A program made the position numbers and the translations under genes. The notes beneath the pieces were generated by a model. That model did not search any database, had not been told where the DNA came from, and saw only the letters and a list, made by a program, of their open reading frames with translations. Of a stretch of DNA of 33,276 nt, positions 7,995 through 18,719 are shown in pieces; the first letter of the stretch is position 1; every line of letters begins with the position of its first letter. The DNA comes from Bacillales bacterium. GTDB lineage: Bacteria; Bacillota_I; Bacilli_A; RFN20; CAG-826. Location: NCBI GenBank assembly GCA_028723545.1, contig JAQYER010000059.1, forward strand, positions 1 to 33,276, read 5' to 3'.

Positions 7995-8984
7995 TTATTC
8001 AGCAGTATAATCCTTGAATGAAAGACCTAATTCAAGTAATTTATCTTTAACTTCTTTAAGTGATTTCTTTCCAAGGTTTCTGACCTTCATCATTTCTTCT
8101 TCAGTTTTTTGAGTTAATTCAGCAACTGTAGCAATAGCTGCTCTCTTGAGACAGTTATTTGAACGAACAGAGAGGTCAAGTTCTTCGATAGGCATATTTT
8201 CGAAGACATTTTCGACTACTTGAACTTCTTCTTTAATCATGTTGATTTCTTCAACAGCTTGTTCAAGTTCGACGAATGGACGGAAGTTTTCAACGAGCAT
8301 TTCTGCCGCTAAAGCGACAGCAGTTTGTGGCTTCATTGATCCGTTTGTCCAAACTTCGAGAGTTAATTTATCGAATTTTGAATCGTGGCCAACACGAGTT
8401 GGTTCAACGAAATATCTTGCTCTTGTGACTGGTGAATAATTTGAGTCTGTAGCAATTAAACCGACTTCTGTACCGTGTTCTTTGGCGGTTTTACGATCTG
8501 GTTTATTAGCTTCAGATGTAACATATCCACGTCCATTACGAGCATGAAGTGTCATCTTAAGATGTCCACCTTCAGTAACATGAGCAATAACGAGATCAGG
8601 ATTAATAACTTCAACTAACCCTGGAGTGCGAATATCTTGAGCTGTAACGACCTTTGGTCCTTCGACATCAATTTCGAGGAGTTTTGGTTCGTTGTCTTCG
8701 TCATCGATACGAAGAACTAAATCTTTAAGATTGAGAATGATGGCGGTAACGTCTTCTTCAACACCTTTAAGTGCACTGAATTCATGACGGGCACCTTCGA
8801 TTTCGACCGCAAATACGCTTGCGCCTGGAAGGCTTGATAATAATACTCTACGAAGTGAATTACCAAGTGTAAGTCCGTATCCTCTTTCAAGTGGTTCGAT
8901 AACGAATCTTCCAAATTCGCCAGTTGCATCGACAGTTGCTACTTTGAATATAGCTTTTTCGAATGGTTTTGCTAATTTTGCCAT
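7995..8984 (-). CDS. rpoA: RNA polymerase subunit alpha
   Basis: EPLERGYGLTLGNSLRRVLLSSLPG; alpha-CTD IEELDLSVRSNNCLKRA...RNLGKKSL. Confidence 0.99.
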   Translation of the reverse strand: MAKLAKPFEKAIFKVATVDATGEFGRFVIEPLERGYGLTLGNSLRRVLLSSLPGASVFAVEIEGARHEFSALKGVEEDVTAIILNLKDLVLRIDDEDNEPKLLEIDVEGPKVVTAQDIRTPGLVEVINPDLVIAHVTEGGHLKMTLHARNGRGYVTSEANKPDRKTAKEHGTEVGLIATDSNYSPVTRARYFVEPTRVGHDSKFDKLTLEVWTNGSMKPQTAVALAAEMLVENFRPFVELEQAVEEINMIKEEVQVVENVFENMPIEELDLSVRSNNCLKRAAIATVAELTQKTEEEMMKVRNLGKKSLKEVKDKLLELGLSFKDYTAE

Positions 8985-9003
8985 GTTTCTTTCCTCCTAA
9001 GTA

Positions 9004-9393
9004 TTATCCACGTGGACGCTTTGGTGGACGGCATCCGTTGTGTGGAATTGGTGTAGTATCGGTAATTGATAATACTTGTAATCCAGCTGTTGCAAGTGAG
9101 CGAACAGCAGATTCACGACCTGGACCTGGACCTTTGACTAATACATCAACTGTACGAAGTCCTTGATCATATGCAGCTTTACCAGCAGATTCACCAGCGA
9201 GTTGAGCAGCAAATGGTGTGCTCTTCTTTGCGCCTTTGAATCCTAATGCTCCTGCACTACTCCATGCAATGACATTACCTTGTTCATCAGAAATAGTAAT
9301 GATTGTGTTATTGAAAGTAGAGTGAATGTGTGCGACACCCTTAGTATATGCACGTTTAATTTTTTTCTTACGTGAATTTGATTTTGTTGCCAT
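9004..9393 (-). CDS. rpsK: 30S ribosomal protein S11
   Basis: [39 protein letters not shown]. Confidence 0.99.
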   Translation of the reverse strand: MATKSNSRKKKIKRAYTKGVAHIHSTFNNTIITISDEQGNVIAWSSAGALGFKGAKKSTPFAAQLAGESAGKAAYDQGLRTVDVLVKGPGPGRESAVRSLATAGLQVLSITDTTPIPHNGCRPPKRPRG

Positions 9394-9412
9394 ACCTAAT
9401 TACTCCTTTCAA

Positions 9413-9787
9413 TTACATTGTTGCAACTTTCTTATTTGCAATTGTTTTACGTTTACCTTTTCTTGTACGAGCATTTGTTCTTGTACGTTGTCCACGAACA
9501 GGTAATCCTTTACGGTGTCTCATACCACGGTAACAACCGATTTCAGATAAACGTTTGATGTTTAAGGCGACTTCACGGCGGAGATCACCTTCAACTTTGT
9601 ATTTAGCAATTTCTGCACGAATTGCAGCAAATTGTTCTTCAGTTAAATTTTTAACACGGATGTCTTCTGAGACACCTGCGTCTTTACAAATTTTCTTTGC
9701 AGTTGTAGGTCCGATACCAAAAATGTAGGTAAGAGAGATTACAACGCGTTTTTCATTTGGGATATCAACCCCAACAATACGTGCCAT
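9413..9787 (-). CDS. rpsM: 30S ribosomal protein S13
   Basis: [36 protein letters not shown]. Confidence 0.99.
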   Translation of the reverse strand: MARIVGVDIPNEKRVVISLTYIFGIGPTTAKKICKDAGVSEDIRVKNLTEEQFAAIRAEIAKYKVEGDLRREVALNIKRLSEIGCYRGMRHRKGLPVRGQRTRTNARTRKGKRKTIANKKVATM

Positions 9788-9806
9788 AACAATGGTCCTC
9801 CTTTAA

Positions 9807-9920
9807 TTAACCTTGGCGTTGTTTGTGCTTTGGGTTTTCGCAAATGACCATGATTTTACCATGGCGGCGAATAACTTTGCACTTATCGCACATTGGTTTG
9901 ACGGAAGGTCTGACTTTCAT
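9807..9920 (-). CDS. rpmJ: 50S ribosomal protein L36 (C+ type); not in the ORF track
   Basis: Hand translation [37 protein letters not shown]; AGGAGG RBS. Confidence 0.98.
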   Translation of the reverse strand: MKVRPSVKPMCDKCKVIRRHGKIMVICENPKHKQRQG

Positions 9921-9952
9921 AGATTTTCCTCCTAGATCAAATCGATCCTAAA

Positions 9953-10174
9953 TTAGTTTTTGTATCTAAATGTGATACGTCCACGTGTTAAATCATAAGG
10001 CGAGATTTCTACCATTACTCTATCACCTGGTAAGATGCGAATGTAATGCATGCGGATTTTACCAGAAACGTGGGCAAGAATAACAACACCGTTTTCAAGT
10101 TTTACTCTAAATTGGGTATTAGGTAAACACTCAATAACAGTCGCCTCTACTTCGATAACATCATCTTTTGCCAT
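9953..10174 (-). CDS. infA: Translation initiation factor IF-1
   Basis: [29 protein letters not shown]. Confidence 0.99.
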   Translation of the reverse strand: MAKDDVIEVEATVIECLPNTQFRVKLENGVVILAHVSGKIRMHYIRILPGDRVMVEISPYDLTRGRITFRYKN

Positions 10175-10986
10175 TAATTAGTCTCCTTAGTTTTTGCTAA
10201 TTGTTCAGCTTCATCAGTCACAACAACAATTGGGCCTTCAGCTTTTGTCAAGATTTCGAATCCATCTTTAGTAATAACAATGGAATTTTCATAATGGCAT
10301 GATAATTTGCCATCTTTGGTTTTTGCTGTCCAACCATCTGATAAGACACGGATTTTAAATGTTCCTTGAGTTACCATTGGTTCGACTGCTAGGCACATTC
10401 CTTCTTTGAGAAGAGGACCACTACCTCTTGTTCCATAATTAGGAATATATGGATCTTCATGAAGATGGGAACCAACTCCATGTCCAGTATATTCGCGGAC
10501 TATGCCATAGCCATTTTTTTCACAATATTCTTGAATAGCGTGAGATACATCACCTAGACGATTGCCAGGTTTCATATATTTCATGCCTTCAAAGAAGCTA
10601 TCTTCGGTTATTTTGATTAATCGCAAAGTTTCTTCTTTACAAATGCCAACCGGGAAAGTACGGCAAGCATCACCAACATAACCATGTAATGTTGCTCCAA
10701 CATCGACAGAAACTATATCTCCATCACGAAGGATACGTTTCTTAGATGGAATACCATGAACAATTTCATCATTGACGCTGACACATACAGCGCCAGGATA
10801 TCCAGAATAATTTAAGAAGGTTGGATAAGCTCCTTCATTTCGTATGATTTCTTCACACCAATTCGCGATATCTAATGTAGAAATTCCAGGGCGGATCTTT
10901 TCTTTGAGTTGATCGAAGACTTTCCCAACGACTCGACCCGCCTCTTTCATTAAATTTATTTCGCGAGGTGATTTAATAATAATCAC
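10174..10986 (-). CDS. map: Type I methionine aminopeptidase
   Basis: [40 protein letters not shown]; GTG start. Confidence 0.98.
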   Translation of the reverse strand: MIIIKSPREINLMKEAGRVVGKVFDQLKEKIRPGISTLDIANWCEEIIRNEGAYPTFLNYSGYPGAVCVSVNDEIVHGIPSKKRILRDGDIVSVDVGATLHGYVGDACRTFPVGICKEETLRLIKITEDSFFEGMKYMKPGNRLGDVSHAIQEYCEKNGYGIVREYTGHGVGSHLHEDPYIPNYGTRGSGPLLKEGMCLAVEPMVTQGTFKIRVLSDGWTAKTKDGKLSCHYENSIVITKDGFEILTKAEGPIVVVTDEAEQLAKTKETN

Positions 10987-10989
10987 CGA

Positions 10990-11640
10990 CTAATTCTCCT
11001 TAAAGAGCTTTTTGAGCTCATTTAATAATTCATCTGCACCAACTGTTCCATCAAAGGTGTGTAACAAATTCTTTTTTTGATAGAAATCAAGAAGAGGCTT
11101 TGTATCTTTGACATAATGATCTAAACGAATATTTAATGCTTCTTCGTTATCATCTTTACGTTGGATAAGATCGCCACCACATATATTACAAATTCCATCT
11201 TTTGCAGGTTTCATTGTAACAATGTGATATGGTGCGCCACAACATTTACAAACACGGCGACCACTAATACGTCTAATTAATTCTTGTTTTTCGACTTCGA
11301 TATCGACAACATGAGTAACTGGACGATTGATTTCTTTTGATAAGATTTCAAGAGCTTCCGCTTGTGGGATTGTTCTTGGAAAACCATCAAGAAGATATCC
11401 GTTTGCACAATCAGGTTGAGATAATCTTTCTTTAACCAATCCAATTGTTACATCATCAGGAACTAAATGTCCTTTTTCGATATAAGATTGGGCTAATTTA
11501 CCTAATGGTGTTTGTGCTTTGATTGCTTCTCTAAACATATCACCAGTTGAAATATGAGGAATGTTATAAGAAGCAACAATGCGTTTTGCTTGGGTGCCTT
11601 TTCCAGCACCAGGAGGTCCCATGAGAACGATATTTAACAT
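10990..11640 (-). CDS. adk: Adenylate kinase (Zn-LID type)
   Basis: GPPGAGKGTQ, HISTGDMFR, LDGFPRT, Cys-containing LID. Confidence 0.99.
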   Translation of the reverse strand: MLNIVLMGPPGAGKGTQAKRIVASYNIPHISTGDMFREAIKAQTPLGKLAQSYIEKGHLVPDDVTIGLVKERLSQPDCANGYLLDGFPRTIPQAEALEILSKEINRPVTHVVDIEVEKQELIRRISGRRVCKCCGAPYHIVTMKPAKDGICNICGGDLIQRKDDNEEALNIRLDHYVKDTKPLLDFYQKKNLLHTFDGTVGADELLNELKKLFKEN

Positions 11641-11642
11641 AT

Positions 11643-13013
11643 CTACTCTCTTCCAGCAGTTGCTTGGACCTCATCGTATGTCTTACCAGCAAGTAAGCCA
11701 TCGATTTGATGTGAAAGTTCAAGAGATACACCAGCGGCGATGATAAGGCCTGTACCACCAATCGCTAAGCTTGAGTTGCCATCAAAGATATTAGTCAATG
11801 TTAAGACAACTGGTAAAGCGGCGATGAATGTTAAGGCTGCAGCACCGATACAAGTGACGCGGTTGACAACTTTCTTAACATAACGTTCAGTTTCATTACC
11901 TGGACGAATACCAGGAATGTATGAACCGTTTTTACGGAAATTCTCAGCGAGTGTTTCTGGATCAATTTGTAATGATGAATAGAAGAATGAGAATAAGACG
12001 ATGAGAACAACATAAATAATTAATCCCCAAGGCATTTCCCAACTATCTCCATTAAACCATGGCATTGTCACAGTTTCACTATAAGAGAAAATCTTTAACC
12101 ATTCAGCGCTTGTATCACTAGTAATAAAGCTAGCAATAACTGATGGTGCCATCATGATTGAAGAAGCGAAGATGACAGGAATAACCCCAGCAGAGTTAAC
12201 TTTAATTGGAAGGAATGAAGCTTTGGACATTGATTGAGTTTGTCCACCACTTTTTCCTGAGTGTTGTACTGGGATTTTTCTTTTCGCTAATTCGATGAAG
12301 ACAACGAACGCTAAGATGAGAACAAGAGCGAGGACATAGACAACAAATTGTAATGCTCCTTTTACCCCTTGAGCAGTATCACCGAGTTGAATATTATATT
12401 TAACCCAAGTTTTATAAGCTGTACTAATTTGAATTGGTAAGCTTCTTACGATACCGGCGAAGATGATAACGGAAATACCATTGCCGAGTCCTTTTGTAGT
12501 AATTTGGTCACCAAGCCACATAACGAGCATGGAACCAGCAAGTAAGATAATAATGATATAAGCATAAGTCCAGAAATTAGTTTCAAGGTTAATAGTAATA
12601 TAATCACTATTTTCCATTGTTTTAATAATTCCATAGCCTTGAACAGCACCTAACATAAGTGTTAAGTAACGTGTTGCCATTTCAGTTTTCTTACGTCCAT
12701 ATTGTCCTTGCTTTGATAATTCAGTCAATGCTGGCAATACATCTTTTTGTAATAATTGGATGATAATTTGCGAAGTGATATATGGACTGACACCAAGAGC
12801 AAAGATTGAGAAGTTTGATAATGCACCACCACCAAGAAGGTCCATTAAGGCAACTGCGTTGGCTTGATTCATCGCGTTGTTTAATTCACCTGATGGAGTA
12901 ACACCTGGAACAGTAATTGCTGCTCCAATACGGATGACGAGGAGAATCATGATCGTAAAGAAAATACGACCCATGATTTCTTTGTTTTTAAAGATAGAGA
13001 TAATCTTTTTCAT
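11643..13013 (-). CDS. secY: Preprotein translocase subunit SecY
   Basis: SIFALGVSPYITSQII, GLGNGISVIIF, GVIPVIFASS, IPGIRPG, GGTGLII. Confidence 0.98.
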   Translation of the reverse strand: MKKIISIFKNKEIMGRIFFTIMILLVIRIGAAITVPGVTPSGELNNAMNQANAVALMDLLGGGALSNFSIFALGVSPYITSQIIIQLLQKDVLPALTELSKQGQYGRKKTEMATRYLTLMLGAVQGYGIIKTMENSDYITINLETNFWTYAYIIIILLAGSMLVMWLGDQITTKGLGNGISVIIFAGIVRSLPIQISTAYKTWVKYNIQLGDTAQGVKGALQFVVYVLALVLILAFVVFIELAKRKIPVQHSGKSGGQTQSMSKASFLPIKVNSAGVIPVIFASSIMMAPSVIASFITSDTSAEWLKIFSYSETVTMPWFNGDSWEMPWGLIIYVVLIVLFSFFYSSLQIDPETLAENFRKNGSYIPGIRPGNETERYVKKVVNRVTCIGAAALTFIAALPVVLTLTNIFDGNSSLAIGGTGLIIAAGVSLELSHQIDGLLAGKTYDEVQATAGRE

Positions 13014-13015
13014 AA

Positions 13016-13456
13016 TTAGAGAACCTCTGTTTTACCACCAGCAGCTTCAATCGCTTTAATAGCAGATTGAGAGAATTTATTGGCTTGGACTGTGAGCTTT
13101 TTAGTAAGTTCACCATTTCCAAGAATTTTAATTCCGTCTAATTCTTTACGGACTAAACCTTTTTCAATAAGTAATGCTGGGGTAACAATTGTCTCGTCTG
13201 CGAACATATTTAAACTTGAGACGTTAACGATAGCAAATTCTTTGCGTCCACCGTTTTTAAAACCAAATTTTGGTAAACGACGGAATAAAGCTGTTTGACC
13301 ACCTTCGAATCCAGGACGTGTTCCGCCACCAGAACGAGAGTTTTGACCCTTGTTTCCAGTACCGGCATTTTTACCGTTTCCTGAACCAACGCCACGGCCT
13401 TTGCGGTAAGGTTTTGTCTTAGCGCCTTCGGCATAAGTGAGTTCGTTTAGTTTCAT
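13016..13456 (-). CDS. rplO: 50S ribosomal protein L15
   Basis: [30 protein letters not shown]. Confidence 0.98.
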   Translation of the reverse strand: MKLNELTYAEGAKTKPYRKGRGVGSGNGKNAGTGNKGQNSRSGGGTRPGFEGGQTALFRRLPKFGFKNGGRKEFAIVNVSSLNMFADETIVTPALLIEKGLVRKELDGIKILGNGELTKKLTVQANKFSQSAIKAIEAAGGKTEVL

Positions 13457-13504
13457 AATTGCACCTCCCTTTAATAGAAATTTTTATTTTTTGTAAATAA
13501 TTAA

Positions 13505-14158
13505 TTATTCTTCTTCTTTAGTTTCAACTGGTTCTTCGACTTTTGCACGAAGAGCTTGAACTTGTGAATAACTCTTTAAATTATTTAAGCCATTATGGGT
13601 GGCGCGGATAATATTGATTGGCGCACGTGAACCATAAACTTTTGAATAAACGTTGCGGATACCTGCTAATTCTAAAATAGCACGAACTGGACCGCCGGCG
13701 ATAATTCCTGTGCCTTCTGGAGCTGGTTTGAGGAATACTTGGCAAGCACCAAATTTTCCGATAACTTCATGAGGAATTGTATCACCTTTTACAATCTTAA
13801 AGGTAGAAGTATTCTTTTTAGCTGCTTCTAATGCTTTTTTAATTGCATCAGGTACTTCAGCTGCTTTACCCGTACCGAAACCGTATTTTCCTTTGCCATT
13901 ACCGACAACGATAAGAGCACTAAATCTCATACGGCGTCCGCCTTTAACAGTTTTAGAAATACGATTGATTTCAACTACTGATTCTTTGTATTCCTTAACT
14001 TCTTCTTGGCGAGGACGGCGTTGTCCTTTGCCATCGCGGCGTTGTCCTTTTCCATTTGGACGAGTTCCACGGCGTTCACCTTTTGGAGCATCAGCTACTG
14101 GAGAGCCTGCTTCTGGAGCTACTGGAGTAGCTTCAACTTTAACTTCATTTTCTGCCAT
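13505..14158 (-). CDS. rpsE: 30S ribosomal protein S5 (N-terminal extension)
   Basis: [27 protein letters not shown]. Confidence 0.98.
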   Translation of the reverse strand: MAENEVKVEATPVAPEAGSPVADAPKGERRGTRPNGKGQRRDGKGQRRPRQEEVKEYKESVVEINRISKTVKGGRRMRFSALIVVGNGKGKYGFGTGKAAEVPDAIKKALEAAKKNTSTFKIVKGDTIPHEVIGKFGACQVFLKPAPEGTGIIAGGPVRAILELAGIRNVYSKVYGSRAPINIIRATHNGLNNLKSYSQVQALRAKVEEPVETKEEE

Positions 14159-14175
14159 TAGTTTAATCTCCTTAA

Positions 14176-14532
14176 TTAGAATTTTAATCCTGCTTCACGA
14201 GCAGCATCAGCAAGAGCAGCAACACGTCCATGATAGACATAGCCGCCACGATCGAAGACAACATTTTCAATGCCTTTTGCTAAGCAAGCTTCAGCAACAG
14301 CTTTACCTACTTGAGCAGCAGCTTCGATGTTTGAACCGTTTTCGAGTTTGAGAGCGATTGAACTAGCAGAAGCTAATGTAACACCCTTTACATCATCGAT
14401 AACTTGAGCTTCGATATTTTTATTTGAACGGAAGACACATAAACGTGGACATTCAGCTGTTCCGCTAATTTTTGCTCTAACACGAGCATGTTTACGTAAG
14501 CGAATAACTTTACGAGATTCTTTTGTAACCAT
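14176..14532 (-). CDS. rplR: 50S ribosomal protein L18
   Basis: [26 protein letters not shown]. Confidence 0.98.
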   Translation of the reverse strand: MVTKESRKVIRLRKHARVRAKISGTAECPRLCVFRSNKNIEAQVIDDVKGVTLASASSIALKLENGSNIEAAAQVGKAVAEACLAKGIENVVFDRGGYVYHGRVAALADAAREAGLKF

Positions 14533-14551
14533 AATTATTGCCTCCCTTCAA

Positions 14552-15094
14552 TTATTTAGCACCAGCGCGCTTACCTTCCTTACGGATGATATGTTCGCCT
14601 TTGTACATAATACCTTTACCATTGTATGGTTCAGGTTCACGAATTGCACGGATACGAGCAGCTGTTTGACCAACGGCTTGTTTGTCAATTCCTTCAACAA
14701 CCATTTCTGTATCAGATGTGCAAGAAATTTTTGCACCTGCATCAGGGACGATTGTTACTTCGTGAGAATATCCAGCTTTGACAACGACATTGTTTCCTCT
14801 CATTTGAGCACGGAATCCAATACCGACCATGACTAATTCTTTTTTGAAACCTTCGCTGACGCCTACGATAGCGTTGTGAAGATTTGCACGAGTTGTACCG
14901 TGAAGTTGTTTTGTGTGTTTTTCATCATTTGCACGAGCACATGATACTGTTGCACCATCAACTGTAACAGTAATAACTTCTGGGATGTTGACTTTTAATT
15001 CGCCTTTAGGGCCTTTAACAGTCATGACACCATTTTCTTGAGTAAGAGTAACGCCTGCTGGGACGTTGATAACTTTTAAACCGATACGTGACAT
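14552..15094 (-). CDS. rplF: 50S ribosomal protein L6 (start moved to MSRIG)
   Basis: MSRIG, VKGPKGEL, PEPYNGKGI. Confidence 0.98.
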   Translation of the reverse strand: MSRIGLKVINVPAGVTLTQENGVMTVKGPKGELKVNIPEVITVTVDGATVSCARANDEKHTKQLHGTTRANLHNAIVGVSEGFKKELVMVGIGFRAQMRGNNVVVKAGYSHEVTIVPDAGAKISCTSDTEMVVEGIDKQAVGQTAARIRAIREPEPYNGKGIMYKGEHIIRKEGKRAGAK

Positions 15095-15099
15095 AAAGA

Positions 15100-15492
15100 T
15101 TACCAAACGTAAGCTAATACTTCACCGCCAACACCGAGTTGACGAGCAGTTTTGTCGCTTACGACTCCTTTACTTGTAGAGATAATAGCAATACCTAATC
15201 CTCTTAATACGCGTGGAAGTTTTTCGCATGGAACGTTAACGCGAAGGCCAGGTTTACTAATTTTCTTTAATCCAGAGATGACGCGTTGGCCATTTACTCC
15301 GTATTTTAATGTGATTGTTAATTGTTTTTTGACATCGCCTTTAACTTCGAAGTTAGAAATGAATCCTTCTTCTAATAAAATTTTAGCGATTTCAACTTTC
15401 ATTTTGCTGCTTGGCATTTCGACTGTAGCGTACTTTAAAGAGTTAGCATTACGAATGCGAGTAAGCATATCTGCAATTGGATCTGTCATCAT
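15100..15492 (-). CDS. rpsH: 30S ribosomal protein S8
   Basis: [29 protein letters not shown]. Confidence 0.99.
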   Translation of the reverse strand: MMTDPIADMLTRIRNANSLKYATVEMPSSKMKVEIAKILLEEGFISNFEVKGDVKKQLTITLKYGVNGQRVISGLKKISKPGLRVNVPCEKLPRVLRGLGIAIISTSKGVVSDKTARQLGVGGEVLAYVW

Positions 15493-15511
15493 AAATTACG
15501 TTACCTCCTTA

Positions 15512-15697
15512 TTACCAGCTTGATTTTTTCATGCCTGGGATTTCACCTTTGTAAGCAAGCTCACGAAGGCAAATACGGCATAATTTGAATTTTGAATACA
15601 CAGAGTGAGGACGTCCACAACGTTCACAACGAGTATATTCACGCACTTTGAACTTTTGTGGTCTAGCGCATTTAACTTTCATACTTGTTTTTGCCAT
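15512..15697 (-). CDS. rpsN: 30S ribosomal protein S14, short Zn-binding type Z
   Basis: 61 aa, RCERCGRP...LCRICLRE. Confidence 0.98.
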   Translation of the reverse strand: MAKTSMKVKCARPQKFKVREYTRCERCGRPHSVYSKFKLCRICLRELAYKGEIPGMKKSSW

Positions 15698-15709
15698 TGT
15701 TCTATCCTC

Positions 15710-16309
15710 CTATTTGTGGAAAGGCATACCGATTAATTCGAGTAAGCTATATGCTTCTTCGTCGGTTTGAGCCGTTGTAACAATTACAATATCCATTCCG
15801 CGAATTTTAGATACTTTATCGTATTCAATTTCAGGGAAGATTAATTGTTCTTTAACACCGAGTGTGTAGTTACCATGACCATCGAAAGCATTTTTTGAAA
15901 CGCCACGGAAGTCACGAACACGTGGAAGTGCGATTGAGACTAATTTGTCGATGAATTCGTACATTCTTACACCACGGAGTGTTACTTTACATCCGATTTC
16001 TTGTCCTTCACGGAGTTTGAAGGTTGCGATAGATTTTTTAGCTTTAGTAGTTACAGGTTTTTGACCAGTGATGATCGCTAATTCTTTAACTGCTTCTTCT
16101 AATTGTTTCTTATCAGCAGTAGCTTCGCCGACACCGATGTTAATGACAACTTTTTCAAGATGTGGGATTTGCATAACAGAAGAATAATTATATTTTTCCA
16201 TTAATGCTTTTTTAATTTCTGATTCGTATCTATCTAATAAACGAGTAGATTTAGCACGAACTTTATTACCATTAGAAGTTGCAACTGCATTATTTTTATT
16301 TTCAGCCAT
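15710..16309 (-). CDS. rplE: 50S ribosomal protein L5 (short N-terminal extension)
   Basis: [31 protein letters not shown]. Confidence 0.98.
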   Translation of the reverse strand: MAENKNNAVATSNGNKVRAKSTRLLDRYESEIKKALMEKYNYSSVMQIPHLEKVVINIGVGEATADKKQLEEAVKELAIITGQKPVTTKAKKSIATFKLREGQEIGCKVTLRGVRMYEFIDKLVSIALPRVRDFRGVSKNAFDGHGNYTLGVKEQLIFPEIEYDKVSKIRGMDIVIVTTAQTDEEAYSLLELIGMPFHK

Positions 16310-16325
16310 TGTAAGTTCCTCCTAA

Positions 16326-16637
16326 TTAGTTAAGCTTACTTCCGCTTGCTTTTGTGACACGGATTTTCTTTCCATCTTTGTCAACTGAATAAGCAACACG
16401 AGTAGCTTTTTTTGTTTTTGGATCAACGATAGCAACATTGCTAGCATCGATTGGTACGTAAATTTCAACAACTGATCCTTCTGGAGTTTGTTGTGTTGGT
16501 TTACGATGTTTTTTGTGAACATTGACGCCTTCAACAACGACTTTGTTCTTCTTTGGATAAACAGCTTGGACTGTTCCTTCTTTTCCTTTGTCTTTTCCAG
16601 CGATGACGACAACTTTATCACCTTTTAAAATCTTCAT
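16326..16637 (-). CDS. rplX: 50S ribosomal protein L24
   Basis: KGDKVVVIAGKDKGKEG KOW motif, VEGVN. Confidence 0.98.
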   Translation of the reverse strand: MKILKGDKVVVIAGKDKGKEGTVQAVYPKKNKVVVEGVNVHKKHRKPTQQTPEGSVVEIYVPIDASNVAIVDPKTKKATRVAYSVDKDGKKIRVTKASGSKLN

Positions 16638-16654
16638 AATTTGTCATCCTCCTA

Positions 16655-17029
16655 TTATAAGACTTCGATAGCGAGAGAAATGATTTTCATAAATCCTTCA
16701 CCCTTATCACGAAGTTCACGCGCTACTGGTCCAAAGACACGAGTTCCAATTGGAGCACCTTCGTTATCGATTAAGACAACTGCGTTGTCATCGAATGCGA
16801 TTGTTGATCCATCTGGTCTATTGATTGGATGTTTTGTACGAACAATAACACCACGAACAATATCAGATTTTTTAACACGGCCATTTGGGATAGCTTCTTT
16901 AACAGCACAAGTGACGATGTCACCAATGCTACATGATTTGCGGTAGCTTCCACCTTTAAGACGGAAGACACGAACTGAACGAGCACCTGAATTGTCGGCG
17001 ACGACTAAGTTTGTTTCTGTTTGAATCAT
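16655..17029 (-). CDS. rplN: 50S ribosomal protein L14
   Basis: MIQ...[26 protein letters not shown]. Confidence 0.98.
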   Translation of the reverse strand: MIQTETNLVVADNSGARSVRVFRLKGGSYRKSCSIGDIVTCAVKEAIPNGRVKKSDIVRGVIVRTKHPINRPDGSTIAFDDNAVVLIDNEGAPIGTRVFGPVARELRDKGEGFMKIISLAIEVL

Positions 17030-17046
17030 AACTTTGCAACCTCCTA

Positions 17047-17358
17047 TTATTCAGCTTTTGCTTCAGCTTCAAGTTCGAGTTCAGCTTCAGCTGTTTTGAT
17101 GTCTTCGAGAGCCTTCTTGTCAACGCTTACTAATCTAAATCTCTTAGTAGCGCTTAATGGACGGCAAGCCATAATTGTGACTGTATCTCCGACATTAGCA
17201 ACGTTATTCTCATCGTGTGCATAATATTTAGAAGCATATTTGACACGTTTAGAATATTTTGCGTGTTTTTTGTGAGTTTCAACTAAGACAACGATGGTTT
17301 TGTTCATCTTAGCAGAAGTAACAACACCTTGAAGTGTAATTCTAGCATTTCTTTCCAT
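17047..17358 (-). CDS. rpsQ: 30S ribosomal protein S17 (acidic C-terminal tail)
   Basis: [29 protein letters not shown]. Confidence 0.98.
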   Translation of the reverse strand: MERNARITLQGVVTSAKMNKTIVVLVETHKKHAKYSKRVKYASKYYAHDENNVANVGDTVTIMACRPLSATKRFRLVSVDKKALEDIKTAEAELELEAEAKAE

Positions 17359-17370
17359 TGTCTAGTTCTC

Positions 17371-17568
17371 CTATTTAATTCCGAGTTCTCTTTCGCGAAT
17401 TACCATATTAACTCTGGCAATATCTTTACGAACTCTATTGATTTCTTCACCGTGTTCAAGTTGACCAACAGCTTGACGGCGACGAAGATTGAATAATTCT
17501 TCTTTAAGGGAGTAAACCTTAGCGGTCAACTCTTCATTACTTAATTCACGAACTTCACTGATCTTCAT
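17371..17568 (-). CDS. rpmC: 50S ribosomal protein L29
   Basis: LKEELFNLR, RKDIARV; position between rplP and rpsQ. Confidence 0.97.
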   Translation of the reverse strand: MKISEVRELSNEELTAKVYSLKEELFNLRRRQAVGQLEHGEEINRVRKDIARVNMVIRERELGIK

Positions 17569-17571
17569 GGC

Positions 17572-17988
17572 TTACTTAACCTCCTTTTTCGCTACAACGC
17601 GGCAGCGGCATGGAAGTTTATATGATGCTAAGCGTAATGCTTCGCGTGCAACTTCTTCTGGGATGCCGCCCATTTCAAACATGACTCTGTTTGTTTTAAC
17701 GACTGCTACCCAGCTTTCTGGACTACCTTTACCAGAACCCATACGAACTTCAGCAGGTTTTTTAGTTTTTGCTAAGTGTGGGAAGATGCGGATATAAACT
17801 TTTCCTTCTTTTTTGGTATATCTAGAGAGAACAATACGAGCCGCTTCGATTTGACGGTTTGTTATCCAAGCACCTGTTACAGCTTGTAAACCGAATTCAC
17901 CGAATACTACTTCATTGCCACCTTTAGAGAGACCTTCGTACTTAATTGAATGAGGACGACGATATTTCACTCTTTTTGGTTGTAACAT
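17572..17988 (-). CDS. rplP: 50S ribosomal protein L16
   Basis: [24 protein letters not shown]. Confidence 0.99.
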   Translation of the reverse strand: MLQPKRVKYRRPHSIKYEGLSKGGNEVVFGEFGLQAVTGAWITNRQIEAARIVLSRYTKKEGKVYIRIFPHLAKTKKPAEVRMGSGKGSPESWVAVVKTNRVMFEMGGIPEEVAREALRLASYKLPCRCRVVAKKEVK

Positions 17989-17990
17989 GA

Positions 17991-18707
17991 TTATTCTCCT
18001 TTCTTAGCGTTGTCTTTTTCTTCTTTTGTATCTAAGACTTCGCCACGGCAGATCCATACTTTGACACCAAGACGGCCATAAGCAGTAACTGCTTCAGCAT
18101 GAGCATAATCAATATCAGAACGGAGTGTTGTTAATGGGACGATACCTTCCTTATAACCTTCACTACGAGCGATATCAGCTCCGCCTAAACGACCACTAAT
18201 CATTGTACGGACACCTTTAGCGCCGGCTTTACGAACTCTTTGAATCGCTTTCTTTTGTGCAACACGGAATGAAACACGATTTTCAAGTTCTTTTGCGATT
18301 GATTCGGCGACTAATGTTGCGTCGAGATCAGGATTCTTAACTTCGATTACAGCGATTTTAACTCTTGAACCTTTAAGCATTCCTGAAACGACTTTTGTAA
18401 TACGTTCAATATTTGAACCTTGTTCTCCGAGGACAACACCTGGACGAGCAACGAAGAGTTTAATAAGAACGTTGGCAGACTTCTTATCGGCTTTGCGGCG
18501 TTCAATTTCAATGTGTGAAACTAATGCGCGGCTATTTTCATTACCTTTATCAGAAGGTTTGCCATCTAATTCGTATTTGAGATATTTACGAATTTTAATA
18601 TCTTCATGGAGATATGTTGCGAAATCAGAATCATTAGCAAACCAACGTGAATTCCATTGTTTGTTAATGCCGATACGCATACCAATTGGACTAACTTTTT
18701 GACCCAT
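17991..18707 (-). CDS. rpsC: 30S ribosomal protein S3
   Basis: [32 protein letters not shown]. Confidence 0.99.
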   Translation of the reverse strand: MGQKVSPIGMRIGINKQWNSRWFANDSDFATYLHEDIKIRKYLKYELDGKPSDKGNENSRALVSHIEIERRKADKKSANVLIKLFVARPGVVLGEQGSNIERITKVVSGMLKGSRVKIAVIEVKNPDLDATLVAESIAKELENRVSFRVAQKKAIQRVRKAGAKGVRTMISGRLGGADIARSEGYKEGIVPLTTLRSDIDYAHAEAVTAYGRLGVKVWICRGEVLDTKEEKDNAKKGE

Positions 18708-18719
18708 TGTATTTACCTC

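Noticed and set aside
8985-9003. rpsD missing between rpsK and rpoA
   Set aside because: This is normal for Bacilli, where rpsD is encoded separately.
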